64,000 bases of DNA from Leptolyngbyaceae cyanobacterium (GCA_965263355.1 CBDHHL010000046.1:64001-128000), one strand, 5' to 3'. Counted from the first letter of the stretch, positions 38,013 through 47,468 are shown. Notes: a model not told the origin generated them from the sequence alone. A program made the numbers and translations.

Positions 38013-38583
38013 GTTCTACTCCAAATGTGAAAGATGCATTAGAAGGCGCAACCTGGTCAGGCACATCCATAGTTAATTTCACCAAAAAATTTACATCTCT
38101 TAAAATAGCTTGGCGAAAGGCTGAACCAGTGAGAACTAAGGTCTCAGTCGGCAAAGAAGAGTCATACCGTATGGGCAACCCCAGTAAATTGTCTGTCAAG
38201 AAAGGTTCTCTTAACCAACTGCGCAAAGCGTTTAAAGAGCCAACTACCCAGCAAAACCCATATCTGTTTTTTTCTTGTAATGCGTGTATGGCTCGAGCCA
38301 ATTGCTCCCAACCACTACCTTCAAAAGCTGGTTCCACGAGAATGGCATTTTGCATTATTGTCTGTAAAGCAATGTCCTCCATTTCCAAAGTATTTCTTTT
38401 AACTAGGCGAAATACTCGAATCGGATAACCCACTTCAATATAGAATCGCGTGACTGAGCCAGGTTTTTGATAGACATCCGAGATCAGCTTACTGAGATCC
38501 TCCACTGTATTAGGCATTGAGTACTCCTCACATACCTCGGTTGTGGTTGAACTATCATATTTGTGGGATGTCGAGTTCATCAA
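38002..38583 (-). CDS. Hypothetical protein
   Basis: ORF in operon; likely start is ATG 38517 after GAGGAG. Confidence 0.65.
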   Translation of the reverse strand: MMNSTSHKYDSSTTTEVCEEYSMPNTVEDLSKLISDVYQKPGSVTRFYIEVGYPIRVFRLVKRNTLEMEDIALQTIMQNAILVEPAFEGSGWEQLARAIHALQEKNRYGFCWVVGSLNALRSWLREPFLTDNLLGLPIRYDSSLPTETLVLTGSAFRQAILRDVNFLVKLTMDVPDQVAPSNASFTFGVEHES

Positions 38584-38791
38584 TATCTGCCTCTTTCAAT
38601 GCAATACGAATACTGGCCAAGGTCAGTGGCGTATCATCAGCTAAATCTCGTAAGTGCTGTAATAAGGTCGTTAAGACCACATCCGAACGCACCCCGCGGC
38701 CTTTTGCATAGTTGCTTAACCAACGTTTAAGATTTGGATCAGTAGAAAATGAGATCCTGTTCTTCTTTCGGTTAAGTCTGTTTTTCGTCAT
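38555..38791 (-). CDS. Ribbon-helix-helix-like DNA-binding protein
   Basis: RISFSTDPNLKRWLSNYAKGRGVRSDVVL strand-helix-helix pattern. Confidence 0.55.
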   Translation of the reverse strand: MTKNRLNRKKNRISFSTDPNLKRWLSNYAKGRGVRSDVVLTTLLQHLRDLADDTPLTLASIRIALKEADIDELDIPQI

Positions 38792-39483
38792 GAAGACCTC
38801 ACTCTATGATTCTTGAAGATTTCTGAGTGAAATGACCCCAACCTAGACTTTAATCCTTTCGATTCAAGTCCTTTGTACAAATACTCCCAAGGAAATAAAG
38901 GTCCTGGGTCTGATTTCCTACCCAGAGGAGTAGCCACGCTCTCATGACCAACAATCCTAGAAAAATCTATCTTCTTAGATTTACATAAATACGTGCATAA
39001 ATCTAACAAAGCGACTAACTGCTTTTGGGAAAAAGGAGCCCAATAGCCATCCAATACATGACCGTCAGCATATTTAAGAATCGCACGTTGTGGCTCTCCA
39101 TAAGTACTGGAGTCATACCGGAACTCTTTTCGACCAATATAATAGCCCCAACTCCCAGTTGATGACTGAAAAACCATACCCGGATTGGCCAACTCAATTC
39201 CCACAGCAGATCGATCACATCTATTTGTCAGCAGTTTGCCATTTGAAAAAAACTGTCCCCGACCAACATGCCAAGTACGTTCTTCTAAGGGAGCCAACTG
39301 ATAAATTGTTCCATCAAAATCCACAACGAAATGAGCTGAGGCTTTAGCTTCTGGATTACAAAGCCATTTAGCAGCTCTTTTTCCCGAAAGCCCTCCAGTG
39401 TAATGGACAGTTATCCAATCAATCTTGTACCTCCCTCTAGAAGATACATTAGGGGTGGAATACGTCTTATCAAACTTTATCAT
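38788..39483 (-). CDS. N-acetylmuramoyl-L-alanine amidase (Amidase_2), probable endolysin
   Basis: HYT, ASAHFVV, TWHVG, GIEL, IVGH and KSDPG motifs. Confidence 0.92.
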   Translation of the reverse strand: MIKFDKTYSTPNVSSRGRYKIDWITVHYTGGLSGKRAAKWLCNPEAKASAHFVVDFDGTIYQLAPLEERTWHVGRGQFFSNGKLLTNRCDRSAVGIELANPGMVFQSSTGSWGYYIGRKEFRYDSSTYGEPQRAILKYADGHVLDGYWAPFSQKQLVALLDLCTYLCKSKKIDFSRIVGHESVATPLGRKSDPGPLFPWEYLYKGLESKGLKSRLGSFHSEIFKNHRVRSS

Positions 39484-39748
39484 TCCAACTGACCCTCGTC
39501 AAAAGCTCAAGAGCCTCTCTAAGACCCTCAAGAGTCGGATGGGCTTCGCAGCACATATCTATGACACGGGCATTCAACAGGACTAGATCGGGTTCTTGGC
39601 CTGAAAACTCCTCAGAGAGCTTTCGGTCCATGTTCTTAACCAGTTCAGCATCCATAGCTAAAAAGAAAGGTAGCCACGTCCACTTCACTTCCAATATACT
39701 TGCGTCATCAAACGTCGGCTGCACTAAGTCCGGCACTTTCCACCTCAT
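39470..39748 (-). CDS. Hypothetical protein
   Basis: 92-aa ORF in operon with AAGGA RBS. Confidence 0.65.
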   Translation of the reverse strand: MRWKVPDLVQPTFDDASILEVKWTWLPFFLAMDAELVKNMDRKLSEEFSGQEPDLVLLNARVIDMCCEAHPTLEGLREALELLTRVSWNDKV

Positions 39749-40058
39749 AAAGTTCCTTGATTTTTGTCAAATCTAACACTTCCATCTCAACTGAATCTAT
39801 ATTTAGGAAACAATCATTTCGTCCTAAACCAGGAAAGGCCCCCTGAATGTAACCTCGATAAGCAATATAGGCCCCGGGCTTTAAGTCAGTGACCTCATGC
39901 CCCACTGACAGCACCCTGCCCCGACTATAACCAATCTTTTGTATGCCTCCCCCATCCTCTGCATAAACCCCTGAAGCAGCAACTTCCAGACTTAAGTCGG
40001 GATTCCTTAACCTCAAATTCTCGACATGAACCCATTTCCCATAAGCTCGCAACATCAA
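39708..40058 (-). CDS. groES: GroES/Cpn10-like co-chaperonin
   Basis: LRAYGKWVHVE...ASGVY...GRVLSVGHEVTDLKPG..IAY matches the Cpn10 pattern. Confidence 0.65.
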   Translation of the reverse strand: MMLRAYGKWVHVENLRLRNPDLSLEVAASGVYAEDGGGIQKIGYSRGRVLSVGHEVTDLKPGAYIAYRGYIQGAFPGLGRNDCFLNIDSVEMEVLDLTKIKELYEVESAGLSAADV

Positions 40059-40342
40059 ATACTCTCCAAGTCTAACTTACTTCCTTCAACCTTATTTGTT
40101 ATACCTTCTGAAAACCAAGAATTAGATGCAGAGACAAGTTCCTTATTTGCAACGCTCTTAGTTAAGATGAAACAGTTTTTAGAGTTGTTTTCCCGGAACA
40201 CAATCCTCACACACACCTTGCCTTGACCATCCGTGTAACGTACCAGCAAAGGTACCAGGGGTAAGACGCCCAAAACGGTTTGGACTGGTTGTTCTTGGAC
40301 ATCCACATTCTCTCTGGCAATGATTTGATTATATTGCATCAC
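40055..40342 (-). CDS. Hypothetical protein
   Basis: 95-aa ORF with AAGGAG upstream. Confidence 0.6.
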   Translation of the reverse strand: MMQYNQIIARENVDVQEQPVQTVLGVLPLVPLLVRYTDGQGKVCVRIVFRENNSKNCFILTKSVANKELVSASNSWFSEGITNKVEGSKLDLESI

Positions 40343-40601
40343 TCACAACTCCTTTATCTGAAACAGAACCAATTACTTGATCAATTTGAGGGACATTACC
40401 ATCTACACGAATACAAATATTACTGGCATCTTCCAAAGTCACTGCATAATACGCTATGGTCTTACCAGATATAGGATCTCGTGATGGCACCATAGGGCTG
40501 GTTACAATTTCCTGCGATTTGAGCAATAGATCTAATTTGTGCTCAATACGCAGGACGGATGAGGCTATCTGCTTTAGCACATATAAGATACTGTTCAACA
40601 T
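40329..40601 (-). CDS. Hypothetical protein
   Basis: 90-aa ORF with purine-rich RBS. Confidence 0.6.
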   Translation of the reverse strand: MLNSILYVLKQIASSVLRIEHKLDLLLKSQEIVTSPMVPSRDPISGKTIAYYAVTLEDASNICIRVDGNVPQIDQVIGSVSDKGVVSDAI

Positions 40602-40610
40602 AAAACCCCC

Positions 40611-40937
40611 TTATAATGACTCTACGCCCAATTCCTTATCTACGTACATAGACACAGACCTTGGGGGAGAAACGGGTGTAGTTTCTGAAGTCACAGATAA
40701 CGTGGGAGAGTCTTGTCGAACCACACTAAACTCCTCCTCAGCTAATTCTACCTCTCCCTGTTGCAGCTCTTCCTCGTCTTGAAAGTCTTCTTTCAAATAC
40801 ACATCAACGAGTTGGCCTACTACACTCACTGGGGCTTCAATGAAGAACTCTCCTTGAGCAGTTCGTACAACAAAACCCCTCCCCTGTTGGCGTTCTTTTA
40901 GGTTAACAACGCCTTCCAATATCTGAATTATCTCCAT
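40611..40937 (-). CDS. Acidic hypothetical protein
   Basis: 108-aa ORF in operon. Confidence 0.6.
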   Translation of the reverse strand: MEIIQILEGVVNLKERQQGRGFVVRTAQGEFFIEAPVSVVGQLVDVYLKEDFQDEEELQQGEVELAEEEFSVVRQDSPTLSVTSETTPVSPPRSVSMYVDKELGVESL

Positions 40938-41254
40938 GGAGTCCCTTTCAGTAAATCAAATGAAGGTGCAGGGTGCTGAGCCCGTTCTCGAGCATCTTCA
41001 TAGTGTCGAACCAACAGAATATGACGAATATCTAAAAGAACCTCTAGAAGTAGCTCGTCCGTGGAAGACTCTGAAACAGAATCTGAAATCTGGCTCCTAT
41101 GTCGCATCATAAAGATTTCATTCTGCCTGCCCTTCGCATCTTCTCCAACATCTGAACTCTCTGGGCACCTGCTTTTAGTGCAGACCTTATCTTCCCTGGA
41201 ACAAGCTTCCTGGTTACATTTGGGCGTACCTTCAACCCTTTTTGTGCTGTCCAC
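40928..41254 (-). CDS. Hypothetical protein (start uncertain, probably ATG 41110 or 41107)
   Basis: The 3' half fills the operon gap; the 5' half overlaps 41107-41505. Confidence 0.45.
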   Translation of the reverse strand: MDSTKRVEGTPKCNQEACSREDKVCTKSRCPESSDVGEDAKGRQNEIFMMRHRSQISDSVSESSTDELLLEVLLDIRHILLVRHYEDARERAQHPAPSFDLLKGTPWR

Positions 41255-41505
41255 CTATCCAAAACCTTCTTATCTTCCCCTTCCACATTTTGAGAGGTTC
41301 CTCCTAAATATGGTAAGGCGGATTTCATATAGCGCTCAAATGACGCATCTAATTTTATTTTTCCGTCTGCGTGTGGAGCTAACATAGCCTCCACGAGTAC
41401 TCGATTGCCTAAGTACTCTGTAAATTGCTTCCTTTGTGCAAACACGCCCATCAATGTCTCCAAGAGGGACCTAGGCGGAGGAAGAACACCCAGATCGTAG
41501 TACAT
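41107..41505 (-). CDS. Tail assembly chaperone, frameshift (GT-like) extension
   Basis: The -1 frame from the upstream slippery site reads LESPRGWAKVA directly into MYYDLG. Confidence 0.7.
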   Translation of the reverse strand: MYYDLGVLPPPRSLLETLMGVFAQRKQFTEYLGNRVLVEAMLAPHADGKIKLDASFERYMKSALPYLGGTSQNVEGEDKKVLDRWTAQKGLKVRPNVTRKLVPGKIRSALKAGAQRVQMLEKMRRAGRMKSL

Positions 41506-41534
41506 GGCTACCTTAGCCCAACCCCTCGGAGATT

Positions 41535-42401
41535 CTAAAAACCCTTTATATTATCAATTGTCAAAAGTGCGTGAGCCCGTTCATTCAACCAGTCAAACTG
41601 GATGAGTAAATCCAAAAATATGGGAGAGGCTAAGCGCTCTATAAACTGCAACTTCGCTTCAAATAATTCTGGAACAATCGCTTCTCTAGTCAAGTCATCA
41701 ATATGGACTCTATGAGATGGAATCTCACGTCCGTTAATGGCTTCTAGGGCACAAGTAGCATAATACAAAGACTGCGTAGCTTGAACATACGCGTCTGAAC
41801 CTTTTATGCCGAAAAGAGCCTCAAGAGTGTATCTTCTCTCGTACTCTTTTAGGGTTCTCAATCGAAATACATAATCATCCCGAATTACTATATCTTGCGA
41901 AACACTGCCATGAATAACCAGGTCCGAAAAGTTTAAGGGTGCTAGTCGAGCCTCGATGGCTGCTCTGCGCTTTGGGTCAGTAAGTCTTCTCCAGGTTGGT
42001 GACTGATTCACCTCCCCCAAACTTGAAGAAAATAAATCCTGAAAGGGTGATTGAACAACCTCGTCTTCCGCAAAAGCTTGTTGTTCTTCCAGCCTGTCCG
42101 CTTTTCCAGCAGACAAAGGGCCTACAGAGCTAGGGGTCGGCATTTGCTCCATGGTTTCTGGAGACGAAGCTGGCTCTCTCAGCAGCCTAGAAACCTCAGG
42201 ATTCAAACTACGAGTAAGACTAGCGTCAACTTCCTCGACCTTTTCAGATCCTCCAGGAGGAGAGATCGCTGACTTCATCGAACGCATCCCTTCAGCTAGT
42301 TTTGCCATCTTTGTTTGGTCCGGAGATTTTGCCCTACCTAGGGGCATTCGGACAGATTTTGCTTGAGTAACCGGGTCATTTTGTGGTTCGTTTATTTTCA
42401 T
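41535..42401 (-). CDS. Tail assembly chaperone (G-like)
   Basis: Ends AAG GGT TTT TAG (G GGT TTT heptamer); FRLRTL...ALEAING chaperone-like core. Confidence 0.7.
   Translation of the reverse strand: MKINEPQNDPVTQAKSVRMPLGRAKSPDQTKMAKLAEGMRSMKSAISPPGGSEKVEEVDASLTRSLNPEVSRLLREPASSPETMEQMPTPSSVGPLSAGKADRLEEQQAFAEDEVVQSPFQDLFSSSLGEVNQSPTWRRLTDPKRRAAIEARLAPLNFSDLVIHGSVSQDIVIRDDYVFRLRTLKEYERRYTLEALFGIKGSDAYVQATQSLYYATCALEAINGREIPSHRVHIDDLTREAIVPELFEAKLQFIERLASPIFLDLLIQFDWLNERAHALLTIDNIKGF
41538..41544 (-). other. -1 frameshift slippery site G GGT TTT
   Basis: In-frame heptamer immediately before the stop; the -1 frame is continuous with the next ORF. Confidence 0.8.
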
Positions 42402-42721
42402 TATTCTCCTCCTGTCTGGGAGACAATAACTTGTTTTGATAAGCCCCGAGGGCGTGTTTGAGTTCGAAGATTGAGTTGTGACCTTGCAACCTGAATAACT
42501 CGCCTACAAGACCCACAAGATGAGTGAATCCCTTGAGAGTTCGTAAATATCCTTGTAGGCCTTCCACAAAGATCGCAAAGAATTTCTTGGACACGCTGAG
42601 CCTGAGGTATTTGCTCCTCAGGAAGAGACACCTCTGCGGTTTTTTGCTCTGTAAAAAATCCCGCCCCAGGAGTTAAATCAACTTTTGACTCCTTGGGTCC
42701 ACGTGATTTGGACATAATCAC
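42401..42721 (-). CDS. Zinc-ribbon protein
   Basis: CDLC and CGSC pairs. Confidence 0.7.
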   Translation of the reverse strand: MIMSKSRGPKESKVDLTPGAGFFTEQKTAEVSLPEEQIPQAQRVQEILCDLCGRPTRIFTNSQGIHSSCGSCRRVIQVARSQLNLRTQTRPRGLSKQVIVSQTGGE

Positions 42722-43082
42722 CTTCCTTTTCTTCTACAATAACGGTTAAAGCCCCTAATCGAGCTGAGTGTTCTTTAACCTCTCCCAAGAATTTGTCGAA
42801 TGCAGTTTGTACTTCAGGCCCTTTTATTCCGACAGTTTGTACTTCAACCGACAAGGAAACCACATCAGCAGTTGAATCCTCAAGTAATAGAGGTCCGGGA
42901 ATCTGTTCATTGAGAATTCTCTTACAGGCTTGTGTTAACAATGCTTGCAACCGTGTATTGGCCAACAGAGGAGAAGCATTCCAAATGTCTTGAAGACTCG
43001 GCTGTTCTGGTGAGAAGGAGGTTTTAACAAATGAAATTTGCACTGCGAACTGACAGTGCAAACTGTTAAGGAAGGCAGTCAA
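42678..43082 (-). CDS. Hypothetical protein
   Basis: 134-aa ORF in operon; start uncertain. Confidence 0.55.
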   Translation of the reverse strand: MTAFLNSLHCQFAVQISFVKTSFSPEQPSLQDIWNASPLLANTRLQALLTQACKRILNEQIPGPLLLEDSTADVVSLSVEVQTVGIKGPEVQTAFDKFLGEVKEHSARLGALTVIVEEKEGDYVQITWTQGVKS

Positions 43083-43139
43083 CTGCTTTTGACTTGACAG
43101 CTACTTTTGTTTCTCGGAGCCCTCAATTTTAAGTCTTAT

Positions 43140-44021
43140 CTAGACTGAAGTTTTTTGGGAGGTTAAATACCCGACCAACTTATTGCGCAAGTTAGGGTTT
43201 CGAAAAATTTTCTCACTTGCTGCCTTTTCGCCCTGACCCAACAATAAGTCCGACAAGTACAAAAAAGACCCTTTAGATGTAATAACCTGATTTTCTACAC
43301 CCAACCTTACAAGGTCTAAGTCCTTCATAACCCCCATACCCTTCAAGAATGGGATGGAGAAAACTACCCCTGGGGGAGCGTGACTAGACTTTCTGATGTC
43401 TATGATTTGAGAAAACCGATCTATGGAATTCATTTTTCGAGAGATGAACAAACTACACTCTACAAGCTCAGATAATTTGGCAGATGCTGAGCGCACCTGT
43501 TGTGAGTTTCTTTGCAAATGTCTACTCCGTACTTGAGACGTACATATAATTATGGAACCTGAAGGTAATAACTTTCGAATACTATCTAACCTACGACACC
43601 ACCTATCTTCCCAACCAATCTCATTATCGATACTTGTGAGAGAATCAATCCCTAAACATATAGGCTGTTGAGAATTGAGTAAACTTTGCTCAAACATGCC
43701 AAAGTCACTTAATTCTCGAAGTAGCACTGTCTGATCGAGACAAAGTCCCAGTCGCTCAAAATAGTTAAGATCTAAGTAATCCCCCACACACAATAGAGTA
43801 AAAAAATTTGCCCTTTGGCAACTAGCCAGGACATGGCCTAAGAGTCCTGTTTTACCTACCGACTCAACCCCGTAAAGCTCGGTAATACCTACTGGCAGGC
43901 CTCCCCCTAAAGCGCAGTCTAGGCGTAAAATCCCAGAAGGAACGACATGTGTGATGCGATTTGATTGGGAAACTTGATTTATGTGTGTACGCAACAACTC
44001 CCGAACTTGCTCACTTTGCAC
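43140..44021 (-). CDS. recA: Divergent RecA/UvsX-like ATPase
   Basis: SG..RLDCALGGGLPVGITELYG, Walker A GVESVGKT, Walker B LGIDSL, SQVR, and a C-terminal KGSFL...LGQGEKAA. Confidence 0.8.
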   Translation of the reverse strand: MQSEQVRELLRTHINQVSQSNRITHVVPSGILRLDCALGGGLPVGITELYGVESVGKTGLLGHVLASCQRANFFTLLCVGDYLDLNYFERLGLCLDQTVLLRELSDFGMFEQSLLNSQQPICLGIDSLTSIDNEIGWEDRWCRRLDSIRKLLPSGSIIICTSQVRSRHLQRNSQQVRSASAKLSELVECSLFISRKMNSIDRFSQIIDIRKSSHAPPGVVFSIPFLKGMGVMKDLDLVRLGVENQVITSKGSFLYLSDLLLGQGEKAASEKIFRNPNLRNKLVGYLTSQKTSV

Positions 44022-44138
44022 ACATTTTCTATGGCGGAAAGTTGCATTAATTTCACGTCAAAATTGAAGCAATGACAAACTTAAAAACAATCACAAATGG
44101 TCCTTGAAAAATAATGAGATTCCGCTATTTAGCCAAGA

Positions 44139-44801
44139 ATGTTTGTCGTACTACAAAAAAATTCCCAAACATTCACAGTCGATATGGGAGAGCTAGACGA
44201 ATATGTCATTGACATACTATGTAATCTTCACAACGTCCTATACCCATCAAGTTCAGCCCTGCAAGTCCTCGTAAAAGTACCCTCTATCATAAGTAGTCAG
44301 GTAGGGGTTTTGGACAGGGTGCAACTACTTCCATCTATCGATGACATTCAAGAATGGGTCACCAGCCCAAAGGTAGAAGACCAAGCAAAAATCGAAATGC
44401 TAAAAATGATGCAGAGGAGTCTACCAGTTCCAGAACTGAAAAGACTGGAACTGGTAGACTCCATCGTAGAGGAGGCTTTCGACTATTCTCGCCCTACACC
44501 AAACGAAACAACAAAGATAGGTCGAGCTCCCGAGCCAAAAAAGGCCGCTGCCGTGCTCCAGAATTTAACTTGGCGAAGTGATGATCCAAGAGAGGCCTTC
44601 TCCGAAACTCAGAAGCCAATTGAAGTGCTAATAAAGAAAGCGTCTGGGAAGGTAATTCGTGCGATCGTTGATGTTAGTCGTAGATGTATACTAAACAAAG
44701 ACGACCGAGGTTCAGGAATTGGGCCAAAAAACCCTTGGGATGCAAGTGCATTTAGCTGGTGCCAACCACCTACCTCTTCGGTAACGCAAATGACATCATA
44801 A
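44139..44801 (+). CDS. Hypothetical protein
   Basis: 220-aa ORF, divergent from the recA-like gene. Confidence 0.7.
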   Translation: MFVVLQKNSQTFTVDMGELDEYVIDILCNLHNVLYPSSSALQVLVKVPSIISSQVGVLDRVQLLPSIDDIQEWVTSPKVEDQAKIEMLKMMQRSLPVPELKRLELVDSIVEEAFDYSRPTPNETTKIGRAPEPKKAAAVLQNLTWRSDDPREAFSETQKPIEVLIKKASGKVIRAIVDVSRRCILNKDDRGSGIGPKNPWDASAFSWCQPPTSSVTQMTS

Positions 44802-44843
44802 CGTTGCTTGAGATACTTCAAGTAATCAGAGATAGTTCAGGAA

Positions 44844-45041
44844 ATGGTCAAAGCACTCATCACGCTTACTATAGCGGCACTTATTTTGGTTCCGAAAGTC
44901 GTTCCTGACATAGGAATCTCAGTGGATTTAATCGCAGCTGTTCGACAATTAAGCCGGCTAGAGGTCGGTGTATTGTGTTTTCTAGCTGGCTTAAACATAG
45001 ACCTTAGACCACTTTGGTCAAAAAGAGGAGACAAGAAATGA
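44844..45041 (+). CDS. Small membrane protein
   Basis: 65 aa with two hydrophobic segments. Confidence 0.5.
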   Translation: MVKALITLTIAALILVPKVVPDIGISVDLIAAVRQLSRLEVGVLCFLAGLNIDLRPLWSKRGDKK

Positions 45042-47125
45042 ATGACTACCAAAAACTAATCAACTCACTCCCTTCAGAGTTGTCAACTATACCTAACTTA
45101 ATGTTAAATACTTTCCCAATCATATTGGAGTTGGGAGGCGACGGCGTCAAAGCCTCCACTGAGGTGCATGAACAAAAAGCCTCAGCTGAATTCCCTAAAG
45201 AGGTGGCACGATGCCTCAGCGGAATACAGAATCTCTTCTTAGTCCTTAATGGATCTAATGCGGCCTATGAACAACTAACTGCTTGCCAAAAAAAGGACAA
45301 ACTTAGTCTTGCATCTTTCCGAGATTGGCACAGTGCATCATTAGACGCACTAAAGCATCTATCCCTGTCTTGGAAAAAGGAAAATCGAGACTTATCCGAT
45401 GCAGAAGCTAACAATCTCGCGATACACTCCTGCTGTGCTTTTTTAGCCTGTGGGGATGCAGGAAAGATCCCCAGAATATACAATAAGTACTCAAAAGGGT
45501 ACGGCGACCATGATGGTATGCTAGCAGTGGCAGCCAAACACGGAGATTTAGTAGAACTAGCATCTCTTCCGGATGAGCAGCAAACAGCTTTCATCGCCTT
45601 AGCAGGACTAAACTGTGGAAAAGCAGTGCTTGGAGAGTACTGCTACCCAGAACTTAGGAACATACTAAATGGGGCATCGCCACTAGCACGATCCATAAAA
45701 TACCTAGAATTTATGGCAGATGTGTCTGGTGCGGCAGGGCACGTGGTCTTTAACGGCTCCTTGGTCATGGGAGAAAATACCTACAGGGTGTTTGATGACC
45801 TATTTACGGCTTTGGCCGATTGGGATTACAGCTCAAACTCTGTATGGCATTTTCTGCAGAAACAACGGGAGTACCTACTGCCCGAGCCAATCTTACGACT
45901 AGCGCTTTTGTGTAAAACAAGAAATTTTAAGGACTTATTATCTGTCACGAAGGCATTTGAAGGGTGTAATAAAATCACGCAACACATCCTTCAACGAGAG
46001 AGCAATGTGTCGTTCACATATGGACCAGCCCTACTCAGCAATCTAGAGTCCGACGAACCATTAAAAGACTTCTTCATCGTGCTGGCTCGGGTACTTCAGA
46101 GAGCTCGATGCGAAGGTCTTGGAAATAACCAAATACAGGAGCTGTGTTTCCATGCCCTCACTGACCAATTCGGCAAGGGTAAGAGTGAACATATTCAAGA
46201 TCTGGCATTCAGTTTTGATGGCGTTTCCGTCATAGGGACTCCCGTCAAACAAGTAGCCTCAACAAAAAGAGGGGGACTGAAGACTTGGCACAAAGATTTT
46301 ATAGCCATTGGTTGTGGAGGTGGAGCTGACAGCGTTAGCGCCGCACTGTTAGCAGATTGGTTACCAAACCTAAAAAAGAGGCTAAAGGGTGTAATTAGTA
46401 CCCGAGGAGAATTTTCCGGGTCTCCTACTCCAGACGCCCCAATAGGGACCCGAAGAGTTCCGAAAGCACGGGAGATATCTGACGGCGTGTTTCTCATCGA
46501 ACATGACTCCACCTTCAAAGGAAGAGGCTATGAGGTAGATCTAGCAAAAATGCTAGACGTACCACTTTTGTGGGTAGCAGTACCTAAGGATGATGAAACT
46601 CTGAAAGCACGACTTAGTGCAGCCCGGGAGTACATCAACCAAAACGCCACTCTTGTGGGCGTAGACACCGGAGGGGACTCCATTTGTAGTGCTTCCTATA
46701 ATGAAGGCAGTCCGGATCAAGACTTCCGAGTACTACAAGCACTTCATCAACTGGATGACCACGCTCTTCATATTGTCGTCGCTCCCGGCATCGACACACA
46801 TCCAGAAGACCTCTTGAAATTTGTTGAACTGGAAACAACCAAAGTTCAAGAGATCGACCCCATATTAGTTTTAAGTTCTTATGCCAAGTTAGGAATTTTA
46901 GAACCTTCATCTGGAAAGTATTCCAAGACCGCATTGGCCCATGCTGCCTTCCAACGCAAGGCAGCAGCCAATGATGAAACAATTTGGAGCGAGCTCCCGT
47001 TACCTTTTGAACTGATTGATAGAGAGGATAATGCTTGGGATCCGTACGTTCATGGGCACCCCATAAGTAGTTCTTTAGTGCTAAGCCCTGTAAGTAAGAC
47101 CTTAGAATTCCACTATGGAAAATGA
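45014..47125 (+). CDS. Two-domain enzyme-like protein: HD-like N-terminal region fused to a DUF1152-like domain
   Basis: N half has GDAGK...DHD and DVSGAAGH; C half has GCGGGADS, VGVDTGGD, DQD and APGID. Likely start is ATG 45038 after GAGGAG. Confidence 0.6.
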   Translation: MVKKRRQEMNDYQKLINSLPSELSTIPNLMLNTFPIILELGGDGVKASTEVHEQKASAEFPKEVARCLSGIQNLFLVLNGSNAAYEQLTACQKKDKLSLASFRDWHSASLDALKHLSLSWKKENRDLSDAEANNLAIHSCCAFLACGDAGKIPRIYNKYSKGYGDHDGMLAVAAKHGDLVELASLPDEQQTAFIALAGLNCGKAVLGEYCYPELRNILNGASPLARSIKYLEFMADVSGAAGHVVFNGSLVMGENTYRVFDDLFTALADWDYSSNSVWHFLQKQREYLLPEPILRLALLCKTRNFKDLLSVTKAFEGCNKITQHILQRESNVSFTYGPALLSNLESDEPLKDFFIVLARVLQRARCEGLGNNQIQELCFHALTDQFGKGKSEHIQDLAFSFDGVSVIGTPVKQVASTKRGGLKTWHKDFIAIGCGGGADSVSAALLADWLPNLKKRLKGVISTRGEFSGSPTPDAPIGTRRVPKAREISDGVFLIEHDSTFKGRGYEVDLAKMLDVPLLWVAVPKDDETLKARLSAAREYINQNATLVGVDTGGDSICSASYNEGSPDQDFRVLQALHQLDDHALHIVVAPGIDTHPEDLLKFVELETTKVQEIDPILVLSSYAKLGILEPSSGKYSKTALAHAAFQRKAAANDETIWSELPLPFELIDREDNAWDPYVHGHPISSSLVLSPVSKTLEFHYGK

Positions 47126-47140
47126 CACGTGTCATTTTCC
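47117..47140. promoter_or_regulatory. Perfect 24-bp palindrome GGAAAATGACACGTGTCATTTTCC (operator-like)
   Basis: Seen directly; the 16-bp core recurs at 58406-58421. Confidence 0.65.
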
Positions 47141-47145
47141 ATAAG

Positions 47146-47180
47146 TGAAATTACTACTATATTATTGTTATAAGTATAGT
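47146..47180 (+). promoter_or_regulatory. AAA-N19-ATAAG-N6-ATG promoter-like motif (leaderless)
   Basis: Similar geometry at 51143-51178, 59011-59047 and 60241-60275; ATAAG-N6-ATG also at 60669. Confidence 0.6.
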
Positions 47181-47366
47181 ATGGACAAAGATACACTGCA
47201 AGTTGCAGGTGCAATAGCTGGAGTAACCGCGGTAATCTGCGCTGTCACAGGCGCGATAGTCTATCGCAAGGAGATAAAGGAGGCCGTTCAGGGCGTCTTC
47301 TCTGGCTCAGATGATGATGATGAGACCACTCCAGCTGCTACGGCCGATTCGGCTGAAGCAACCTAG
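47181..47366 (+). CDS. Small membrane protein with acidic tail
   Basis: Start reassigned to ATG 47181 (MDKDTLQV) by the promoter motif; one TM segment. Confidence 0.7.
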   Translation: MDKDTLQVAGAIAGVTAVICAVTGAIVYRKEIKEAVQGVFSGSDDDDETTPAATADSAEAT

Positions 47367-47385
47367 TATCACCCCCCCTAGACTC

Positions 47386-47457
47386 CCAGGTCGTCAGTAT
47401 AAAAGCTGATGGCCTGGTGTAGTTGTTCTAGAGACTGAACGCTCTAGTTTTTAGCTA
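47386..47457 (+). terminator. Double hairpin ending in TTTTTAGCT
   Basis: 13-bp stem 47386-47417 with ATAAAA loop, then CTAGAG/CTCTAG stem plus T tract. Confidence 0.6.
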
Positions 47458-47468
47458 GGACCCCTCAC

